Shown: positions 14,824 through 24,749 of the stretch, one piece after another
How positions within the stretch are numbered: position 1 is the stretch's first letter
Layout of the letters: the number at the start of each line of letters is the position of its first letter
DNA from: Pseudomonadota bacterium
Lineage (GTDB): Bacteria; Pseudomonadota; Alphaproteobacteria; Caulobacterales; Hyphomonadaceae
Length of the DNA: 32,000 nucleotides
Reading direction: 5' to 3'
NCBI GenBank assembly: GCA_039818165.1
Contig: JBCBUL010000007.1
Location: forward strand, 1-32,000
Notes under the pieces: generated by a model
Database searches by the model: none
Seen by the model: the letters and a program-made list of their open reading frames with translations, nothing else
What the model was told of the DNA's origin: nothing
Program-made: the position numbers and the translations under genes

Positions 14824-15638
14824 TGGCTTGGCGGGCCGCACTTCTACCCGTCATTTGGTTGGCAGCGGCCTGCGGGTCGCCCCAGCCAGCGCCGGAACGG
14901 TCGGCCACGCCAACGCGCATCGTAAGCCTTGATTATTGCGCAGACCAGTTTGTGCTCAAATTTGCCGATCCGAGTGACATCCTCGCTGTCTCGCCCGATG
15001 CCGGGAAAGACTTCTCGTTCATGCGCGAGGCCGCGGCAGATGTGGCCCGGGTGCGCCCATCAGCGGAGGACGTTCTTCTTCTGAAGCCGGATCTCGTGGT
15101 GCGAGCTTATGGCGGCGGACCGGGTGCAACAGCCCTTTTCGAGCGCGTGGGGATCCCAGTGCTGGAAGTGGGATGGTCCCCCGATCTGGAGGCCGTCAGA
15201 ACGAATACGCTGCGCGTGGCAAAGGGCCTGGGCCAGGCAGATCGGGGCGTCGAAGTGGTGGAAGATTTCGATGCACGGATAGCAGAAATAAATTCCGCGG
15301 AGACGGCAACGGCGCTCTACGCCACGCCCGGTGGTGCAACCACGGGACCGGGCGGGCTCATCGGCGAAATTTTGGAACAGGCGAACCTAGACAATTTCAT
15401 TGAAACGCCTGGCTGGCAAACCCTCCCTCTCGAGCGATTGGCATATGAAGGGCCGGATGTGTTTGTTTTCGCCGATTTCGAAGGCGGTGCTGGCCCCTGG
15501 AGTGCGGCACGCCACAGCGTTTTCCGAAACCGTATGGACGCTGCTGAGGTGCGCGAGATCGAAGGCGCATGGACGGCTTGCGGTGGCTGGTTTGTCATCG
15601 AAGCTATTGAAACCCTGACGGAGACATGGGCGCCATGA
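14823..15638 (+). CDS. btuF: Periplasmic-binding protein of a cobalamin/iron-complex ABC importer (BtuF-like), predicted lipoprotein
   Basis: Lipobox LAAAC at residues 13-17. RIVSLDYCADQFVLKF...LKPDLVV is typical of class 8 PBPs. TAATG overlap with the btuB stop. Confidence 0.75.
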   Translation: MAWRAALLPVIWLAAACGSPQPAPERSATPTRIVSLDYCADQFVLKFADPSDILAVSPDAGKDFSFMREAAADVARVRPSAEDVLLLKPDLVVRAYGGGPGATALFERVGIPVLEVGWSPDLEAVRTNTLRVAKGLGQADRGVEVVEDFDARIAEINSAETATALYATPGGATTGPGGLIGEILEQANLDNFIETPGWQTLPLERLAYEGPDVFVFADFEGGAGPWSAARHSVFRNRMDAAEVREIEGAWTACGGWFVIEAIETLTETWAP

Positions 15639-16627
15639 CCCGGGCTGACTGGCTCATACCCGGCCTGGCCGCTGCCTGTGTCTTCGCACTCTTTCTGGCC
15701 TGCCTCTTGGGCTCAACACCAATGGGACTGGATAGGGTGTTCGCGGCGCTGCTTGGCGGGGGTGAGCCCGGCGACCGGACCGTGATCTGGGAGATTCGAC
15801 TCCCACGTGCTCTGGCCGCCTTCCTTGTGGGCGCCGCCCTGGGTGTGAGCGGAGCCGCCTTGCAGGGTCTTTTGCGAAACCCCTTGGCGGAACCCGGCGT
15901 GCTCGGCGTTTCGGCGTCCTCAGCGCTGACGGCAACCGTCTCAATTTATTATGGAATGGCGGCGCTAACGCCTTGGATGCTTCCCCTGGCGGCGATCGTT
16001 GGAGCGCTTCTGGCCACAGGACTGTTGGCTTTTGCCGCCATCAAAACACAATCGGTCGTCACGCTGATCCTGATTGGGGTAGGTCTTTCGAGCTTTGCAG
16101 GCGCGTTGATGAGCCTGCTCATGAATTTGGCACCCAACCCGTTCACCCTGTCAGACATGGTCAGCTGGATGCTTGGCTCTGTCGCCAATCGCAGCCATTC
16201 TGACATCGCTTTCGCAGCCCCTTTCCTGGCACTCGGAGCCGGAGTCCTGCTGGCGACACGTCGGGGCCTTTCCGCGCTCACCCTCGGTGAAGAGGCTGCC
16301 GCCGGATTGGGGCTAAATCTTCGAAACCAACGCATATTCACCGTCTTGGGCGCGGGGCTGGCCACCGGGGCGTCCGTAGCGCTCGCCGGGGCCATAGGGT
16401 TCGTCGGCATTGTTGCCCCCCATCTGGTGCGCCCACTGGTAGGCCATGACCCGGCTCGCACACTGCTTCCATCGGCGCTTCTTTCCGGACTGATCCTCGT
16501 TCTGGCCGATATTGCCGTGCGTTTGCTGCCCACCAGCCAGGAGTTGAAACTGGGTGTGGTTGCCGCGCTGATCGGCGCCCCGGCCTTTATTTGGATCGCC
16601 ATGCAAAGGCGGGCGCTCAATGACTGA
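15626..16627 (+). CDS. btuC: FecCD-family ABC permease (BtuC-like)
   Basis: IWEIRLPRALAAFLVGAALGVSGAALQGLLRNPLAEPGVLGVS and GAIGFVGIVAPHLVR are FecCD signatures. It overlaps both neighbours. Confidence 0.85.
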   Translation: MGAMTRADWLIPGLAAACVFALFLACLLGSTPMGLDRVFAALLGGGEPGDRTVIWEIRLPRALAAFLVGAALGVSGAALQGLLRNPLAEPGVLGVSASSALTATVSIYYGMAALTPWMLPLAAIVGALLATGLLAFAAIKTQSVVTLILIGVGLSSFAGALMSLLMNLAPNPFTLSDMVSWMLGSVANRSHSDIAFAAPFLALGAGVLLATRRGLSALTLGEEAAAGLGLNLRNQRIFTVLGAGLATGASVALAGAIGFVGIVAPHLVRPLVGHDPARTLLPSALLSGLILVLADIAVRLLPTSQELKLGVVAALIGAPAFIWIAMQRRALND

Positions 16628-17378
16628 ACTGGTGGCTGAAGGGATCTGCGTTGACGCAGGCGAAAGACACTTGGTGAAGACGGCCAGCTTCCGCCTATCG
16701 CCCAGAGAACTTGTTGCGATCGTCGGGCCGAATGGAGCCGGAAAAACCAGCTTGCTCCGCGCGGCGCTTGGCCTCGTCTCCCCCAGCTCTGGCCAGGCCT
16801 CGCTGAACGGTGTGAATGTGCACGATCTCAGCGCCATGGACCGGGCAAGACAGGTGGCCTACCTGCCCCAAACTCGGCCTCTCGCCTGGCCAAGCCGTGT
16901 GCGCGACATCGTTGCCCTTGGGCGATTCAGCCATGGTGCGGCTCCGGGACGATTAAAAGGCGCTGATGCCGAAGCCGTCGACCGCGCGCTTAAAGCCGCA
17001 GACCTCACTGAACGGGCCGACCGAACCAGCGATACACTGTCTGGCGGAGAACTCGCCCGAATGCACTTCGCACGCGCCGTTGCCACAGAAGCGCCACTGC
17101 TGATTGCCGATGAGCCTGTCGCCGCCCTTGATCCGCGCCACCAGTTTCGAACGCTAGATCTGATCCAGGACTTTGTAGCGCGGGGTGGCGGGGCACTAGT
17201 TGTGCTCCACGATTTGAACCTGGCCGCGCGTTACGCCTCGCGCCTGATCTGGATGCAGGATGGTGCAATCATCGCTGATGGTGCGCCTGGCAAAACGCTT
17301 ACACCCGAACGAATTCGAACTGTTTTCGGCCTGAATGCCCAGATTTCGCCAGAAGGCGTACTCCTTACGCCGCCTTGA
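16620..17378 (+). CDS. btuD: ABC transporter ATP-binding protein (BtuD/FecE-like)
   Basis: Walker A GPNGAGKTS, signature LSGGELARM, Walker B LLIADEPVAALD, H-loop VLHDLN. Confidence 0.88.
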   Translation: MTELVAEGICVDAGERHLVKTASFRLSPRELVAIVGPNGAGKTSLLRAALGLVSPSSGQASLNGVNVHDLSAMDRARQVAYLPQTRPLAWPSRVRDIVALGRFSHGAAPGRLKGADAEAVDRALKAADLTERADRTSDTLSGGELARMHFARAVATEAPLLIADEPVAALDPRHQFRTLDLIQDFVARGGGALVVLHDLNLAARYASRLIWMQDGAIIADGAPGKTLTPERIRTVFGLNAQISPEGVLLTPP

Positions 17379-17559
17379 TACGACTGCTTTCCAGTTTTGA
17401 AATCTCGCTGGTCAGCCATTGGTAATGCGTTTCGAGCCGCTGGACCTGGGCCAGGTCTATGTCGGGCTGGCGTGCCAATTCCTCGCGCCAGGCCTCTACA
17501 ACCCGCACCTGGGTCTTCAACCAGCCCAGCAGGGACATCCGATCCAACGGCACACACAT
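17365..17559 (-). CDS. Small hypothetical protein (64 aa, helical/coiled-coil-like)
   Basis: High third-position GC (about 73% over the last 60 codons by my count), falling upstream of residue 24 of the track ORF. ATG at 17559 has AAGGA 7 nt upstream. No family recognised. It overlaps the btuD 3' end by 14 nt. Confidence 0.4.
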   Translation of the reverse strand: MCVPLDRMSLLGWLKTQVRVVEAWREELARQPDIDLAQVQRLETHYQWLTSEISKLESSRIKAA

Positions 17560-17720
17560 GGCAAAGTCCTTTTGTTCGTTTTGAGACGCATTCTCACAAA
17601 GCGATAACAGGTTTTGCGTATAATGCAACTCATTCTCAATGATGACCCTTTTCGTCTCCCGCCTCTAGCAGGTAGGGGCCGAGTTCTGATCAATCGGTTC
17701 TGGCGCCAGCGTGCGGCGGC

Positions 17721-19016
17721 CTAAGCCATCGCGAAGGGGTCGCGTACGAGGATGACGTCTTCGCGTTCTGGAGAGGTGGAGACCAACGCAATGGGACACT
17801 TCACCAACTCTTCCAGGCGACGGACATATTTAATGGCTTCCGCCGGGAGTTGGCCCCATTCGCGTGCGCCGCGCGTGCTCGCGCTCCACCCGGGCAAAGA
17901 CTCATAAATCGGTTCGACGGCAGCTTGCTCGGTCATCCCGGCCGGGAAGTGATCGAGTATCTGATCGCCCAGCCTGTAGCCGGTGCAGACGCGGATCTCG
18001 TCGAACCCGTCGAGCACATCCAGCTTGGTGAGAGCGAGGCCGCTTATGCCCGAAGTGGCGCAAGCTTGGCGCACCATCACCGCGTCAAACCACCCACAGC
18101 GGCGCGCCCGGCCTGTGGTCGTTCCGAATTCATGGCCACGCTCGCCCAGGCGTTGTCCAATCTCATCTTCCAGCTCCGTCGGGAACGGCCCTGCGCCCAC
18201 CCGGGTCGTGTACGCCTTGGCGAGACCGAGGACATAACTGATGGCATTCGGCCCCACGCCGGAGCCCGCCGCGGCCGCGCCTGCCACCACGTTGGAACTG
18301 GTCACGAAAGGATAGGTACCGTGGTCCACATCCAGCATGACCCCCTGCGCGCCTTCGAACAGGATGCGGCGTCCAAGCTGCACACTGTCGGACAATTTTC
18401 GCCAAACCGGCTGGGCATAGGGCAGGATTTTCGCCGCCAGAGCCAGGAGATCTGCCTTCAGCGCCGCGCCATCTGGCTCGCCGAGGCCAAGGCCGGTGCG
18501 GAGGGGCCGGTGGTGGGCAAGCAAGCGCTCGATCTTCAGGTCCAGAGCGGCTGGATCAGCCAGGTCGGCCACACGAATGGCCCGGCGCCCGACCCGGTCT
18601 TCATAGGCTGGGCCAATGCCGCGCTTGGTGGTCCCGATCTTCGCATCGCCAAGGGCGCCCTCACGGGCTGCGTCAATGTCTTTGTGCCATGGCAGGATGA
18701 TACTGGCATTGTCGGCCAGGATGAGGTCGTCAGGGCCAAGGGTTACGCCTTCACGGGCCATCCCCTCAATCTCGGAGAGAAACTGCCAAGGGTCGACAAC
18801 GACACCGTTTCCGATGACCGAGAGTTTGCCGCCGCGCACCACGCCGGACGGCAGCAAGTGAAGCTTGAAGGTCTTGTTGCCAATGACGAGGGTGTGGCCC
18901 GCATTGTGCCCGCCCTGGAAGCGCACGATGACATCGGCCCGGTGGCTGAGCCAATCGACAATCTTGCCTTTGCCCTCATCGCCCCATTGGGCCCCTACAA
19001 CGACCACGCCTGCCAT
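17721..19016 (-). CDS. purA: Adenylosuccinate synthetase
   Basis: [24 protein letters not shown]...[12 protein letters not shown]...[14 protein letters not shown]-like...[12 protein letters not shown] are canonical PurA motifs. Start at ATG 19016 with AAGGAG upstream. Confidence 0.97.
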   Translation of the reverse strand: MAGVVVVGAQWGDEGKGKIVDWLSHRADVIVRFQGGHNAGHTLVIGNKTFKLHLLPSGVVRGGKLSVIGNGVVVDPWQFLSEIEGMAREGVTLGPDDLILADNASIILPWHKDIDAAREGALGDAKIGTTKRGIGPAYEDRVGRRAIRVADLADPAALDLKIERLLAHHRPLRTGLGLGEPDGAALKADLLALAAKILPYAQPVWRKLSDSVQLGRRILFEGAQGVMLDVDHGTYPFVTSSNVVAGAAAAGSGVGPNAISYVLGLAKAYTTRVGAGPFPTELEDEIGQRLGERGHEFGTTTGRARRCGWFDAVMVRQACATSGISGLALTKLDVLDGFDEIRVCTGYRLGDQILDHFPAGMTEQAAVEPIYESLPGWSASTRGAREWGQLPAEAIKYVRRLEELVKCPIALVSTSPEREDVILVRDPFAMA

Positions 19017-19191
19017 CTCGGCTCCTTCGCGCTTACTCTCAAGGCCGCGCAAAGACGCATGTTCGCACAGTTTTGGCAAGCCGGTCGGCGATAGCGCAAT
19101 CAAGGTTAATCAGACCAAAGAGATTTATGCTCGCCCGCGCACGGTATCTCAGGGCTTACATGATTGAGTGGCGGGCTGAGAGGGGCACTTT

Positions 19192-20034
19192 ATGTGTTTT
19201 CATAAGCCAGCCGCCCTCGGCGCCATAACAGCCCTGATGCTGACCAGCGCGCCGGAGGCAACAGCAGAGATCGTCGATCGCCCGGGCTTCCGTGTCCAGG
19301 GCGCTGTTGTCGTGTGGGCTGCAGACGAGACAGGCACCTCACCCATCGTTTCTGATTTCATTATTGATACCGGTACGGGCAATAATGCTGTCGCATCGGG
19401 CGATACGGACCTGATCGCAGGTGCAGATGCTCGGACCGTCGTGACCGGCTCGCTGACCTATTTCGACAACTCGATCGCCGATGAACAGGGCGCTCCGTTA
19501 AGGATCCAGCGCATCCCCGGCGGCGGCTTCAACACGGATGTGGACGTCAGCGGGGTCATGGATGTGAACGATACGTTCGCGCCCTTCCGCATTCGCGGGA
19601 ACAGCGACATCAATACGCGCCGCATGGAGATCTTCTCCAGCTTCTATGTCGCCTCGAATGTACCATTTTCGATTGATGGCATCGCGACCCCTATCGGCGA
19701 TACGACCCCCGCCCAGATGAACCGTATGCGCGCTTACTTTGATGGCGTCACCGTTTCTGGCGATGATGGCCTGCCCTTTGGCAGCGCTGCGCAGTTTCCA
19801 CATTCAGACGGCGTGACCGGCGGGCGACGCATGAATGGACGGCGGTTCTCCAACTGGACGACATCCCGGCCTGTTTTCCGCGGCAACCAACGCACAGCCG
19901 CCAGCCGCGGCACGCTCGCAGAGCAATCGGTGCGGTTCGACATTCGTTACCGATACAATTCCGGTGATGTGGATCTGGCAGATGGCGTTTTCGACGCCGA
20001 AGCCGAAATCGTCTATACGGTGTTCATTCCCTAA
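19192..20034 (+). CDS. Secreted hypothetical protein (280 aa), no family recognised
   Basis: Signal peptide AALGAITALMLTSAPEATA/EIV. The mature part is Gly/Asp/Thr-rich, has no Cys and looks beta-rich. SD GAGAGGGG lies upstream. Confidence 0.7.
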   Translation: MCFHKPAALGAITALMLTSAPEATAEIVDRPGFRVQGAVVVWAADETGTSPIVSDFIIDTGTGNNAVASGDTDLIAGADARTVVTGSLTYFDNSIADEQGAPLRIQRIPGGGFNTDVDVSGVMDVNDTFAPFRIRGNSDINTRRMEIFSSFYVASNVPFSIDGIATPIGDTTPAQMNRMRAYFDGVTVSGDDGLPFGSAAQFPHSDGVTGGRRMNGRRFSNWTTSRPVFRGNQRTAASRGTLAEQSVRFDIRYRYNSGDVDLADGVFDAEAEIVYTVFIP

Positions 20035-20768
20035 TTGCCGAGAACGCACGAATCGAGCCCATCTCGGCGCACAACGCCCATACGGGCCTGGATGGTAGCA
20101 GCGCGTGAGCGCACATATGGGCCTGGCGGGTCAACGCGCCAGCGATTGGGATTTGGCAAAACTGCTGCCAGAAGCGCCGCCTCGCGCTGGGTGAGGTCCC
20201 TTGCCCGCTTGTTGAATCGCAAGCGCGCCGCTGCCTCGATGCCAAAAATTCCGTCGCCCCATTCAGCAACGTTCAGATAATGCTCCATCACCCGGCGCTT
20301 GCCCCACACCGTATCGGTGAACATGGCCATCCAGGCGTCACCGGCTTTTCGCGGTAGGCCTCCCCCATTCCAGAAGAACAGGTTCTTGGCTGTTTGCTGC
20401 GAAATCGTGGATGCGCCGCGCAGGCCCTCCCCCGCGCGCCATTCCCGCCAGGCGACCCGGACAGCTTCGAAATCGACGCCTGGATGGCTGCAAAAGCCCG
20501 TATCCTCGGCAGCGATCACGGCACGGACAACATTCGGGCTGATCTCTTCGAGCGGCGTGATGTTTCGCCAGATCGTTTCTTCGCTGAAACTGCGCTGGGC
20601 CATCAAAATGGTTCCCGGCGACGGCAAAACCGCTAGGGCGAGGGCATAAAGATGCAGGCCAGCGACAAAGATCAACAGCGCGACGGCCAGCCGCTTTAGC
20701 CAGCGTGTCGGGCGCGCTCTAAACCATCCCCAGATCGCTGGCGGCGGCTTGCCATTCGGCTCTGACAT
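20031..20768 (-). CDS. mtgA: Monofunctional biosynthetic peptidoglycan transglycosylase
   Basis: N-terminal TM anchor, then the GT51 motifs [18 protein letters not shown] and [16 protein letters not shown], followed by RKAGDAWMA...[16 protein letters not shown]. Confidence 0.92.
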   Translation of the reverse strand: MSEPNGKPPPAIWGWFRARPTRWLKRLAVALLIFVAGLHLYALALAVLPSPGTILMAQRSFSEETIWRNITPLEEISPNVVRAVIAAEDTGFCSHPGVDFEAVRVAWREWRAGEGLRGASTISQQTAKNLFFWNGGGLPRKAGDAWMAMFTDTVWGKRRVMEHYLNVAEWGDGIFGIEAAARLRFNKRARDLTQREAALLAAVLPNPNRWRVDPPGPYVRSRAATIQARMGVVRRDGLDSCVLGN

Positions 20769-21846
20769 CCAGATCGTCCTCTAAAGGCTCGCGCGCGGCC
20801 CTCTCGCGCTGAAACGTGTCAGCATCAAGGCGCGACAGGGCCCAGACTGCAGCCCCGCGCACAAGGCTGGACTGGTCAGAAAGGCGCGGCAGCAGGGCCC
20901 GCACCAGCGTCGCTGAGCCACTGTTGCCGATGGCGATCACTACATTGCGGACAAACCGGTCCCGGCCTGTTCGCTTGATCGGGGAGCCGCTGAAATAGGC
21001 CCGGAACGCCTCATCATCCAAGGCAGAAAGACTTGCGAGCTCTGGTAGTGTTGTGGCGCTCCGCGCCTTCAATTTGGCTTCACGGGCTTGCTGGGCGAAT
21101 TTGTTCCAAGGGCAGACGGCAAGGCAATCATCACACCCATAGATGCGGTTCCCCATGGCGGTGCGGAATTCCCTTGGCACCTGCCCTTTGTGCTCAATAG
21201 TAAGATAGGAGATGCAGCGCCTCGCATCGAGTTGGTATGGCGCAGGGAAAGCGTCAGTCGGACAGGCATCCAGACACGCTCGACATGAGCCACAGTGGTC
21301 TATCTCGGCGGCGTCGGGCGTAAGCTCTGCCGTGGTCAGCATTGCGCCAAGAAACGTCCAGTTGCCAAGCGACCGCGAGACAAGGTTCGTGTGCTTGCCC
21401 TGCCAACCAAGGCCGGCGCGGGCGGCCAGGGGCTTCTCCATAAGCGGCGCCGTATCAACGAACACTTTTACGCCTTCGCCGGTGCGTTCGGCGAATCCAC
21501 GTGCCAGCTGCTTCAAGCGCTTTTTGAGGAGGTCATGGTAATCGACCCCTCGAGCATAAACGGAGACGTTGCCCCGGTCGCGCGCGACGAGGTTGTCCAT
21601 GGGATCATGGTCGGGCCCATAGGTCATGGCGACCATCACGGCTGACTTGGCCTCAGGCCACATCGCCGTCGGCGCCCGGCGCCGTTCAAGCGTATCTTCA
21701 AACCAGACCATATCGCCATGGCGGCCCGCTTCGACGAAGGCCGCAAGCCGAGAGCCTGCCTCCCAGGGAACATCCGCCCGGGCAATCCGGCAATCATCAA
21801 AGCCGAGCTCCCCTGCATGGGATTTCAGATGGTCTTCGGGCGTCAT
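20719..21846 (-). CDS. queG: tRNA epoxyqueuosine(34) reductase
   Basis: [14 protein letters not shown], then [16 protein letters not shown], then [13 protein letters not shown], then [17 protein letters not shown] (two 4Fe-4S motifs plus the QueG core). Confidence 0.93.
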   Translation of the reverse strand: MTPEDHLKSHAGELGFDDCRIARADVPWEAGSRLAAFVEAGRHGDMVWFEDTLERRRAPTAMWPEAKSAVMVAMTYGPDHDPMDNLVARDRGNVSVYARGVDYHDLLKKRLKQLARGFAERTGEGVKVFVDTAPLMEKPLAARAGLGWQGKHTNLVSRSLGNWTFLGAMLTTAELTPDAAEIDHCGSCRACLDACPTDAFPAPYQLDARRCISYLTIEHKGQVPREFRTAMGNRIYGCDDCLAVCPWNKFAQQAREAKLKARSATTLPELASLSALDDEAFRAYFSGSPIKRTGRDRFVRNVVIAIGNSGSATLVRALLPRLSDQSSLVRGAAVWALSRLDADTFQRERAAREPLEDDLDVRAEWQAAASDLGMV

Positions 21847-21879
21847 GGCGTCGTGCTTAGACGAATTTTGTCAAAAGCG

Positions 21880-22407
21880 TTACTCAGCCGGCGCCGCGCT
21901 GGGGCCAGCGGGGTCCGTTGGCTTTGTGCGTGGCATGAACCGGTTTGGCCGCCAAACGCCTAAAACCACGTTGGCGATTGCGACCACCATGACGCCAACA
22001 CAGGTCCACCACTCCAAGCCAAGCAGGGATTGTAGAGCGTCAGCTGGCGCCGTTCCCGCAGCAATCTGGCTGGAGAGGTCAGCAGCATAATCTGCCTTGG
22101 CGCTGTCGATGGTCAGAACACCCTTGAACATCAGTATTCCCAGGAGCGCCTTGAACCAGACCCAGCCTTTGTCGAGAAAAGGCGTGTGAACCAGCATCGA
22201 GACAAGTCCCGACAAAAGACCAATCGCGAGAGACGGGACCAGAATGTATCCGCTGACGATCTCAAGAGATGCTCGCAAGCCGGCATAGGCGGCGGCATCC
22301 GTGGGCGTGGCGACCACAAGAAGCACCATGTAGGCCGCGAGACCGCCGATCAGGCCGCCAGCAGCAACCGTGTGCAGGATTTTGACGATCTTGCGCGCGC
22401 GCTGCAT
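21880..22407 (-). CDS. Integral membrane protein, 4 TM (DUF2269-like by recollection)
   Basis: Four hydrophobic segments; N-terminus RKIVKILHTVAAGGLIGGLAAYMVLLV. The family name is tentative. Confidence 0.7.
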   Translation of the reverse strand: MQRARKIVKILHTVAAGGLIGGLAAYMVLLVVATPTDAAAYAGLRASLEIVSGYILVPSLAIGLLSGLVSMLVHTPFLDKGWVWFKALLGILMFKGVLTIDSAKADYAADLSSQIAAGTAPADALQSLLGLEWWTCVGVMVVAIANVVLGVWRPNRFMPRTKPTDPAGPSAAPAE

Positions 22408-22465
22408 GGCTTGGCTCCGGCTTGCTTCCCACTTCCTCTAGAGGGTGGGCCTCGCAACGCCGCGA

Positions 22466-23530
22466 TCAAGAGGCAATGGTGATCTTGCGGCCGTGGGGAT
22501 CTGCATGGGCGATCACGCGGCGGTGCCCGCCCGGCCAGGTGACAAGGTCAACCGGATGGGCATTGGAACTTCCGTTGGGAACGAAAACCCGCTCCGGTTC
22601 GAATCTGAGCCAGGCAAGGCGCTGGGTCTCATTGGCCCCCGCACCAGCTCTCTCAATAGCGGCGGAAGCCCGCTCATGGGTTTGCCGATCAAAGTATTGC
22701 CACGCAATTGAATGGTAAATCACCGTGGTGCCAACGGGGAGCGTGCCAGCCAATTGGGTCTCCAACCAATCGGCAGCATCGGCCTTGTCCACGGAGATCC
22801 CACGGTGTCGGGCCAATTCCGTCGCGGCGCGAACGCGCTCAAGCCTGTCAGTCTGGTCGGGCCAGATGTACGCCTGAAGCGCAAGACGCGCGTCCGGGTC
22901 TTCTATGTCGAGTGGTGACTGGTCACAGGCCTTCCGGCTTTCGATCTGGAATGTCGCCGGAAGGGCTGGGGCCGCACCCTCCCACGCGCTGGAGATGACC
23001 GGTGCACCGGGCGCCCCTTCACGCGTCCAGTGGCCTCCGTCATACCCAAACGCGTCCCAATGCTGGTTCAGGCCCGCACTGGCGCCGATTTCGAGCAGAT
23101 GGAGCGGTCCCTCCAACGTTGCGAACCCCGGCAGGAGCGCGATTGAACGGCGGGTTTCGTTGGTCTGGGGTGTGTTTTTTAGGAACGCCGCCACCCAACC
23201 TCGATGGGTCTCCAGCGCTGCGTAGACTGCCGGAAGTGTCTCGGTCATGTCCCAATCGGGGCGCTGGGTCGGATACTGCCGGGCTAGCGCCTCATCTTTC
23301 CCAGACAGAACCAGGGCGTGGAGCGCACCGGCAACACGTAGTGGGCCCGCATCTGCCGCGTTGGGCTGCAACGGCGCGTCACCACTCAGCAGGCCATCCA
23401 GAACAGAACCATTGCCAAGCTGCGCCGCTAGGCCCCGCAGCAAAGCCGCGTTGAACGGCGAGCCGAGCCGCTCGCACCATTCGGCCTGTTTGTTAAAGTG
23501 GGCGGCGTGTTTCGACAGAGAATCTGACAT
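22466..23530 (-). CDS. DUF2332-like protein with a class I methyltransferase-like motif
   Basis: N-terminus FNKQAEWCERLGSPFNAALLRGLAAQL fits my memory of DUF2332. HLLEIGASAGLNQ resembles SAM-MTase motif I. Start is uncertain: ATG at 23530, or TTG at 23548 overlapping the cysH stop. Confidence 0.75.
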   Translation of the reverse strand: MSDSLSKHAAHFNKQAEWCERLGSPFNAALLRGLAAQLGNGSVLDGLLSGDAPLQPNAADAGPLRVAGALHALVLSGKDEALARQYPTQRPDWDMTETLPAVYAALETHRGWVAAFLKNTPQTNETRRSIALLPGFATLEGPLHLLEIGASAGLNQHWDAFGYDGGHWTREGAPGAPVISSAWEGAAPALPATFQIESRKACDQSPLDIEDPDARLALQAYIWPDQTDRLERVRAATELARHRGISVDKADAADWLETQLAGTLPVGTTVIYHSIAWQYFDRQTHERASAAIERAGAGANETQRLAWLRFEPERVFVPNGSSNAHPVDLVTWPGGHRRVIAHADPHGRKITIAS

Positions 23531-23544
23531 CGCGGCGAGCGATA

Positions 23545-24294
23545 TCAAAAAACCCGGGGGCGGTCTTCCTTATCCACGTGCAGGCCGCACTCGGTCTTTT
23601 CCATGCCCGCCCAACGGCCGGACCGAATATCGCCGGGGTCCTCTGCCGGCCGCGTGCATGGCCAGCATCCGATCGATGGATAGCCCTGGGCGACAAGCGG
23701 GTGCTTTGGCAGGCCTCGCTGGTGGAAGAACAGGTCGACATCGCCCTGGGTCCAGCTCGCAAGCGGGTTCACTTTGAAACGGCCACTTGCATGTTCGAAA
23801 ACAGGCAAGCTAAGCCGGGCGCCCCCATGGAAGCGCTTGCGCCCCGTGATCCAGGCACTGAATCCCTCAAGGGCTGGTTCCAGTGGACGCACCTTGCGCA
23901 GTGCACAGCACGCATCCGGATCGGACTTATGCAGGCCGCCCTTGGCGTCTTGAGCAGCCCGCTCCGCTTCATCAGGCGTGATGTTACGCACGCCGGTCAG
24001 GCCCAGCCTTTCGATCAACTGGTCGCGGTAGTCCAGCGTCTGCGGAAAATGCATGCCGGTTTCGAGGAAGATGATCGGCAGGTCAGGCTTTACGTCGGCG
24101 ATCAAGGCCAGCATGACGGCGCTTTCCGCACCGAAACTGGATACATAGGTGAGCTCGCCGGGCCACTCGCGCAGCATGGCGACGCGCAAAATGGTCTGGG
24201 CCGACGCCTCGCGCAACTCGCCGTTCAAGCGCGCGAGTTTATCGGTCACGGGCTCATCGGCGCGGCTGATCACATCGGCATAGGCCACTGGCAA
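23545..24294 (-). CDS. cysH: Assimilatory adenylyl-sulfate (APS)/PAPS reductase; the Fe-S Cys pattern favours the APS-reductase type
   Basis: SSFGAESAVMLALIAD, then IIFLETGMHFPQT, then DACCALRKVRPL, then SIGCWPCT, then KTECGLH. The CC...CxxC cysteines are characteristic of [4Fe-4S] APS reductases. Confidence 0.93.
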   Translation of the reverse strand: MPVAYADVISRADEPVTDKLARLNGELREASAQTILRVAMLREWPGELTYVSSFGAESAVMLALIADVKPDLPIIFLETGMHFPQTLDYRDQLIERLGLTGVRNITPDEAERAAQDAKGGLHKSDPDACCALRKVRPLEPALEGFSAWITGRKRFHGGARLSLPVFEHASGRFKVNPLASWTQGDVDLFFHQRGLPKHPLVAQGYPSIGCWPCTRPAEDPGDIRSGRWAGMEKTECGLHVDKEDRPRVF

Positions 24295-24302
24295 AACCTT
24301 CC

Positions 24303-24749
24303 TTAGCGCCTGTGTCTGGCGGCAAAAACAGTCTGCGCGCCGTCGGCGGCAGGCTGGTAGAAGGAGGAAAATTCCCCCATCGCTTCTAGGAAGGAAGGTA
24401 GGTCAGCACGGGTCGTCTCGTAAGCGTCAAACCCTGAACGGTGCATATAGAGAAGCTGATCCCTCAACACATGGCCCACCGCGCGGAGCTCTCCGGTAAA
24501 CTCCAAACGCCGCCTCAAGAGCTGCGCCTGGCTGTAGCCGCGTCCATCGGTGTATTTCGGGAAGTCCACTTCGATGCGCGCCAGAGAACCAAGGTATGGC
24601 GTCAAAACCGCCGGATCGTCCTCGGGTGAAAGCCGCACTCCGAATGCGGAATTCTGCGCGATCAAAGCGTCAGCAGCTTCGAGAAACTCGGCAAGCGTGT
24701 AGCTGGGTGTATCATCCTCGGCAGCAACGCCGTCCCTAATCAACGGCAT
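24303..24749 (-). CDS. DUF934-family protein (usual companion of cysI/cysH)
   Basis: IEVDFPKYTDGRGYSQAQLLRRRLEFTGELRAVGHVLRDQLLYMHRSGFDAY is the conserved DUF934 core. The ATG at 24749 overlaps the cysI 3' end by 14 nt. Confidence 0.8.
   Translation of the reverse strand: MPLIRDGVAAEDDTPSYTLAEFLEAADALIAQNSAFGVRLSPEDDPAVLTPYLGSLARIEVDFPKYTDGRGYSQAQLLRRRLEFTGELRAVGHVLRDQLLYMHRSGFDAYETTRADLPSFLEAMGEFSSFYQPAADGAQTVFAARHRR

Noticed and set aside
17850-19094. 414-aa plus-strand ORF
   Set aside because: It is entirely antisense to purA, whose identity is certain. The product is Arg/Ala/Gly-rich with no recognisable motif. This is a classic high-GC mirror ORF.
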